Shown here: piece after piece, positions 23,397 to 26,750 of the stretch | How the letters are laid out: each line of letters begins with the position of its first letter | How positions within the stretch are numbered: the stretch's first letter is position 1 | IMG/VR virus record: IMGVR_UViG_3300013829_000017 | Coordinates: 1-26,750 of that record | DNA length: 26,750 bases | Strand: one strand, 5' to 3' | From: a virus | Taxonomy: Duplodnaviria; Caudoviricetes | Notes under the pieces: generated by a model | The model's input: the letters and a program-made list of their open reading frames with translations, nothing else | Told to the model about the DNA's origin: nothing | The model's database searches: none | Translations under genes and position numbers: made by a program

Positions 23397-25406
23397 TTAC
23401 TTGATTCCTATGAACTTGAGCATCTCTTCGAAGCTCTTCTCTTTAGGTTTGATTACATCATCATCGTCATCCTCCACCTTAAGCGGCTTGGGAGGATCGA
23501 GCTTATTGGGCAGCGTTGCCTGCACTTGCTTATCAAGCTCTTCCATCAGCTGATCGGCGCTGGGTGGAGGAGCTTTAAGTGTTGGAGCTTGGATAAAAGT
23601 GGGATTGTGTTCCACCTCAGCCATCGGTAGTGGCTTAACCAGTCGATCTACCGCTTCCTGCGTCTGTCTGACGATCTGCTTGGTGCGCTTGGCGATCAGC
23701 TTCTGATGCCGTTTATTGGCTTTCTGTTCCTTATGCAGCTCAGCCGCTGAGATCGGATTGTCTTTATCCAGCAAGATGAATGGATCTTGCGACCTGCGGA
23801 CTTCCGCCTGGCAGATGAAGTTGTCTTGCATATCGTAGACGAGTATCCAGCGCAGATCACTCAGATCGTAACGAATCAGCAGTTCCTTGCCGATGTGCCC
23901 GATCAGCTCCGTATCCCAGTACATCAGCTTATTCAACATAATGCCATTGTTGCGTAGTGTCTTGCGCACGGCGGACATCATCATGAAGTTGAGCTTGTCA
24001 GCTTTGATCTTCTGCTCTTCTGGTACGGGATTGGCACTAAAGACTTCCCAAGGCGATTTGCCTTTCAAGCCGCTATGTGGAGCTTCGCCATACATCTTCC
24101 GGATGAAGAAGCCAATCATCTGCATGGCTTCTTCTATGGTAGGAGGAGTGGCATCGTACATCTTTCTTGCCCACTTCTCATTACGCATCAGGGTCGCCGG
24201 TTTATCGTCTATCGATGCACCCCGGAAGCTGCCTATGAAGCGTTCAAAGCGTTCCTGGAAGGTCTTGAAGAATCTCTCGATCACCTTGGCTTTGGCATTG
24301 TAGCTTTCGGCGAAGGCTACTTGGATGCCCAGGCGGGGGAAGATGCCTGCCAGATCGCTGGAGAGGTCATGCTCCTGCCACTTCTCATTAAAGAGCTTTG
24401 CCCGGAAGGCTTTGCCGTTATCGAGATAGACGTACTTGGGAACTCCTCCCCAGTTAAGGAAGGCGTTTCTGAAGGCGATCTGGATATGCTGGCTGTCCTC
24501 GGTAAAGGCAAGTGAGGCCCCTACCGGGTATCTTGAAGCCCAGTCAAAGACCATGATCATGGTCATGCGCTGCGCTTTCCCGGTTTTGGGATTCATGATA
24601 TCAAAAGCCAGGGTATGTCCATCTGCCACCCATACGTCTCCCACGTTCAAGAGACTGGAATCTCGGATGATAGTCTTGACTATGGTCTCTGCCACTGCTT
24701 TACTGCCAAGTCTCGCTTGAGTCCAGATTGCCATGTTGTCCCGTTTCCAGTCCATGACCCAGCGTTTGAGAGTAGGTGCTGAACTGGGCGATTCCAAACA
24801 ACCCATCCGCTCATAATCTTTGATCGTGGAAATTGCGGTGCCGATTTTGACCTTCTGCGGAGTCAACAGCAGCTTAAGCAGGAACTGCTGTTCCAGATAA
24901 GTAACCTTGCGTCCCTTGGTCTGGTTCTTGGACTTGTGGATCAAAGCGAACATATCCCGCTCGTTCTGCAGGTATTTTTCTACCCATAAGCGCAGACAGC
25001 GTTCTTTGCGTTGCCCTTTGATCTTGAACAGTTCCGGTATAAACTGTCCCTTATTGTATTCATCGGTTATCTGCCGCCACTCTTGTACTTTGGCAGTACA
25101 GCCCTTCAAACGCTCCAAGACCATCTCACAGAACTGAGCATTGAGCTGAGCCTCAGTCTTGCAGCTGAGCAGTTCCTTTGCTTGTGGTCTTAAATCAATA
25201 TCCGGGTCTTCTTCATTAAGTTCGGATAGGGGAGAAAGGTCTGACTTCTCTCGTATCTGCTCCGATTGGAGCTTTTTTACTATCTTGGCAGCATCACCTG
25301 TGAACTTGAGCGTCGCACCAGAATGGATCAGAGCTAAGACCCGCCGGTAATTGCGGTCATAGTTCTGCCTGTCTATCTGGTTATAGACTTCATCAATTCT
25401 GTCCAC
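23397..25406 (-). CDS. MuA-like DDE transposase
   Basis: VWVADGH (D), YLDNGKAF (D), AKVIERFF (E), Mu C-terminal IRYDLSDL motif; GTG start after AGGAGG. Confidence 0.93.
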   Translation of the reverse strand: MDRIDEVYNQIDRQNYDRNYRRVLALIHSGATLKFTGDAAKIVKKLQSEQIREKSDLSPLSELNEEDPDIDLRPQAKELLSCKTEAQLNAQFCEMVLERLKGCTAKVQEWRQITDEYNKGQFIPELFKIKGQRKERCLRLWVEKYLQNERDMFALIHKSKNQTKGRKVTYLEQQFLLKLLLTPQKVKIGTAISTIKDYERMGCLESPSSAPTLKRWVMDWKRDNMAIWTQARLGSKAVAETIVKTIIRDSSLLNVGDVWVADGHTLAFDIMNPKTGKAQRMTMIMVFDWASRYPVGASLAFTEDSQHIQIAFRNAFLNWGGVPKYVYLDNGKAFRAKLFNEKWQEHDLSSDLAGIFPRLGIQVAFAESYNAKAKVIERFFKTFQERFERFIGSFRGASIDDKPATLMRNEKWARKMYDATPPTIEEAMQMIGFFIRKMYGEAPHSGLKGKSPWEVFSANPVPEEQKIKADKLNFMMMSAVRKTLRNNGIMLNKLMYWDTELIGHIGKELLIRYDLSDLRWILVYDMQDNFICQAEVRRSQDPFILLDKDNPISAAELHKEQKANKRHQKLIAKRTKQIVRQTQEAVDRLVKPLPMAEVEHNPTFIQAPTLKAPPPSADQLMEELDKQVQATLPNKLDPPKPLKVEDDDDDVIKPKEKSFEEMLKFIGIK

Positions 25407-25728
25407 CTTGTGCCTCCTGCTTCTTTACCTTATTATAGGAGACGATAAATAGACTGGTGTGCTCGTGATCCTCGATGAGCATCCGTTCCTTCCTTAAAGG
25501 TATCGGCTCCTGACGCAGCTTGCGGCAGAGCTGCTGATCCAGATCGACTATCTGCTGGTCGACGAGTACGAATAACTTGGTAGTACGGTAACTGCCGCTC
25601 TTTACCGTTCTTCTCACTGCGATATAGACGCCTTCATCGATCATTCTCCGGATCGTCTTTACCGACTTACCATAAATCTGAGCCAGCCGTGCGGCCGGCA
25701 GCCATAAAAGTTCTACTCCTGTTTCCAT
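25393..25728 (-). CDS. Small winged-HTH DNA-binding protein (111 aa; Mu I-alpha / excisionase-like)
   Basis: ELLWLPAARLAQIYGKSVKTIRRMIDEG. Start placed at ATG 25728 after GAAGG because the longer ORF runs through the repeat array. Confidence 0.65.
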   Translation of the reverse strand: METGVELLWLPAARLAQIYGKSVKTIRRMIDEGVYIAVRRTVKSGSYRTTKLFVLVDQQIVDLDQQLCRKLRQEPIPLRKERMLIEDHEHTSLFIVSYNKVKKQEAQGGQN

Positions 25729-25754
25729 CACATAACCTTCCAAATCGAGCAAAC

Positions 25755-25942
25755 CACTTGGACAAGCACTTGGACATTTCTGAGGACAACCACTTGGACA
25801 ATTGCTCAAACCACTTGGACATTCTTGGCACCACTTGGACAAAAATGCGCAGATTGAGTGGCTGGTGTGCTTGGAAGCTATGCGTAGAAAGAGTTTGGAA
25901 CGGTTTTGTCCAAGTGGTTCGCAATTTAAAACCACTTGGACA
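25755..25942. repeat. Array of seven perfect CACTTGGACA repeats (operator/enhancer-like)
   Basis: Direct copies start at 25755, 25767, 25791, 25812, 25832 and 25933; one inverted copy at 25907-25916. Confidence 0.92.
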
Positions 25943-26146
25943 TTTTTCGAGAGGCAGGTTTCACATCTGCCGTTTAGTCTCGATTCTGCGTTCATATTCA
26001 CCTCTTTGTAACGTTATAATCAGGTGCTAACTTCCATACCGGCAACATCTTGGGAAGTCCTTTCTGCCACTTTCGAAAGCTTTTTTCCACTGCGCTTAGA
26101 CCGCTGGCATTTACGCCGTCAAGAAATCAGCTATCGAAAATAAGTG

Positions 26147-26214
26147 TTGACACTTCTATTTAGCTCTGTTTTGTTGTTCTGTGAACATAATGCTTACCGA
26201 ATGGATTATGTCAA
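26147..26214. promoter_or_regulatory. Face-to-face -35 hexamers flanking an operator-like inverted repeat (putative lysis/lysogeny switch)
   Basis: TTGACA on + at 26147-26152, TTGACA on - at 26209-26214, ACATAAT-N13-ATTATGT at 26185-26211. The -10 boxes are poor. Confidence 0.45.
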
Positions 26215-26240
26215 TGCTTTTTATTCTGTATGGAGGATAA

Positions 26241-26750
26241 ATGAAGAAGAGCGAAATCGGTGTCAGACTCGAAAGAGTTATAAAAACTATGAAGTTAAAG
26301 CAATACCAATTTGCCGAAAAATTTGGCATCTCCAGTGCCTCTTTGACCAGATACAAGTCCGGAGATCGACTCCCGGACCCGGAATTTCTCATCGCTCTGT
26401 CCAAAGAGAAAATCAATACGAATTGGCTCTTGACCGGAGACGGCAGTATGAATATCCGCCCTGATTTTGACGGCTGGATGAAAGAGCAACTGCAGAAGAA
26501 CCTCGGAAAAGTCAATTCCAAGACAGGACTAATCGAAACTCCGGCAATAGATTACACTCGTACGATTACGCTGCCGATTCTTGGTGAAATTTCCGCCGGC
26601 CCCAGAGACCACATCTACGACCTCCGGAATTTAGGCGAGAATATCGAGATTCCGCGTTCACTCATCCTCGGAACACCCGATAAGTATATGGCATTTAGAG
26701 TAAATGGACACAGCATGGAACCCAATATCATGCATGAAGATCTCGTGATC
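26241..26750 (+). CDS. CI/LexA-type repressor (XRE HTH plus S24 peptidase), truncated by the window edge
   Basis: Translated by hand: MKKSEIGVRL...QYQFAEKFGISSASLTRYKSG...NWLLTGDG...LPILGEISAG...FRVNGHSMEP. GGAGG RBS; absent from the ORF track because it has no stop in the window. Confidence 0.92.
   Translation, partial: MKKSEIGVRLERVIKTMKLKQYQFAEKFGISSASLTRYKSGDRLPDPEFLIALSKEKINTNWLLTGDGSMNIRPDFDGWMKEQLQKNLGKVNSKTGLIETPAIDYTRTITLPILGEISAGPRDHIYDLRNLGENIEIPRSLILGTPDKYMAFRVNGHSMEPNIMHEDLVI

Larger units (their letters stand above)
53..26750 (-). mobile_element. Mu-like transposable prophage (both true ends outside the window; probably defective)
   Basis: MuA-like DDE transposase and MuB-like ATPase next to a divergent repressor, followed by co-oriented terminase, gpF, portal, capsid, lysis and tail genes, many with overlapping stop/start codons. 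Confidence 0.92.

Noticed and set aside
25393-25430. Frameshift fusion of the small HTH gene to the transposase
   Set aside because: The transposase frame has a TAA seven codons upstream of its GTG, there is no slippery heptamer, and a strong AGGAGG RBS is present.
25755-25942. Repeat array as a CRISPR array
   Set aside because: Repeats are only 10 bp, most gaps are 2-16 bp, one copy is inverted, and no cas genes are present.
25729-26001. Cys-rich CPSG-repeat N-terminal extension of the 202-aa ORF as a metal-binding domain
   Set aside because: It is the translation of the DNA repeats. Other copies fall in a different frame or strand, so the constraint is at DNA level, and a plausible internal start exists at 25728.
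26144-26521. ORF-track ORFs 26144-26464, 26156-26521 and 26295-26489
   Set aside because: They overlap the repressor gene starting at 26241 in other frames or on the other strand.

Overview
Almost the whole window is a Mu-like (transposable) prophage on the minus strand. From right to left it carries a divergent CI/LexA-type repressor (cut by the right edge), a repeat-rich control region, a small winged-HTH gene, a MuA-like DDE transposase, a MuB-like ATPase, GemA/DUF3164-like early genes, the terminase subunits and a gpF-like head protein. A second late block follows: lysozyme, neck genes, portal, fused protease-capsid, holin, major tail protein, and a tail chaperone with a -1 frameshift site. 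That block continues into two tandem N6-adenine methyltransferases and a probable tape-measure start broken by an IS21-like end at the left edge. Between gpF and lysozyme sits a ~9.1-kb plus-strand defence cassette: a PD-(D/E)xK nuclease with a SeqA-like C-terminal domain, a complete type IC hsdM-hsdS-hsdR, and an AT-rich PIN-like membrane protein. Other notable items are a circularly permuted small HNH moron, a 23-bp motif in front of both late operons, a three-hairpin element between terS and terL, and seven CACTTGGACA repeats upstream of the transposition genes. Family names come from motif recognition by eye; no searches were run.
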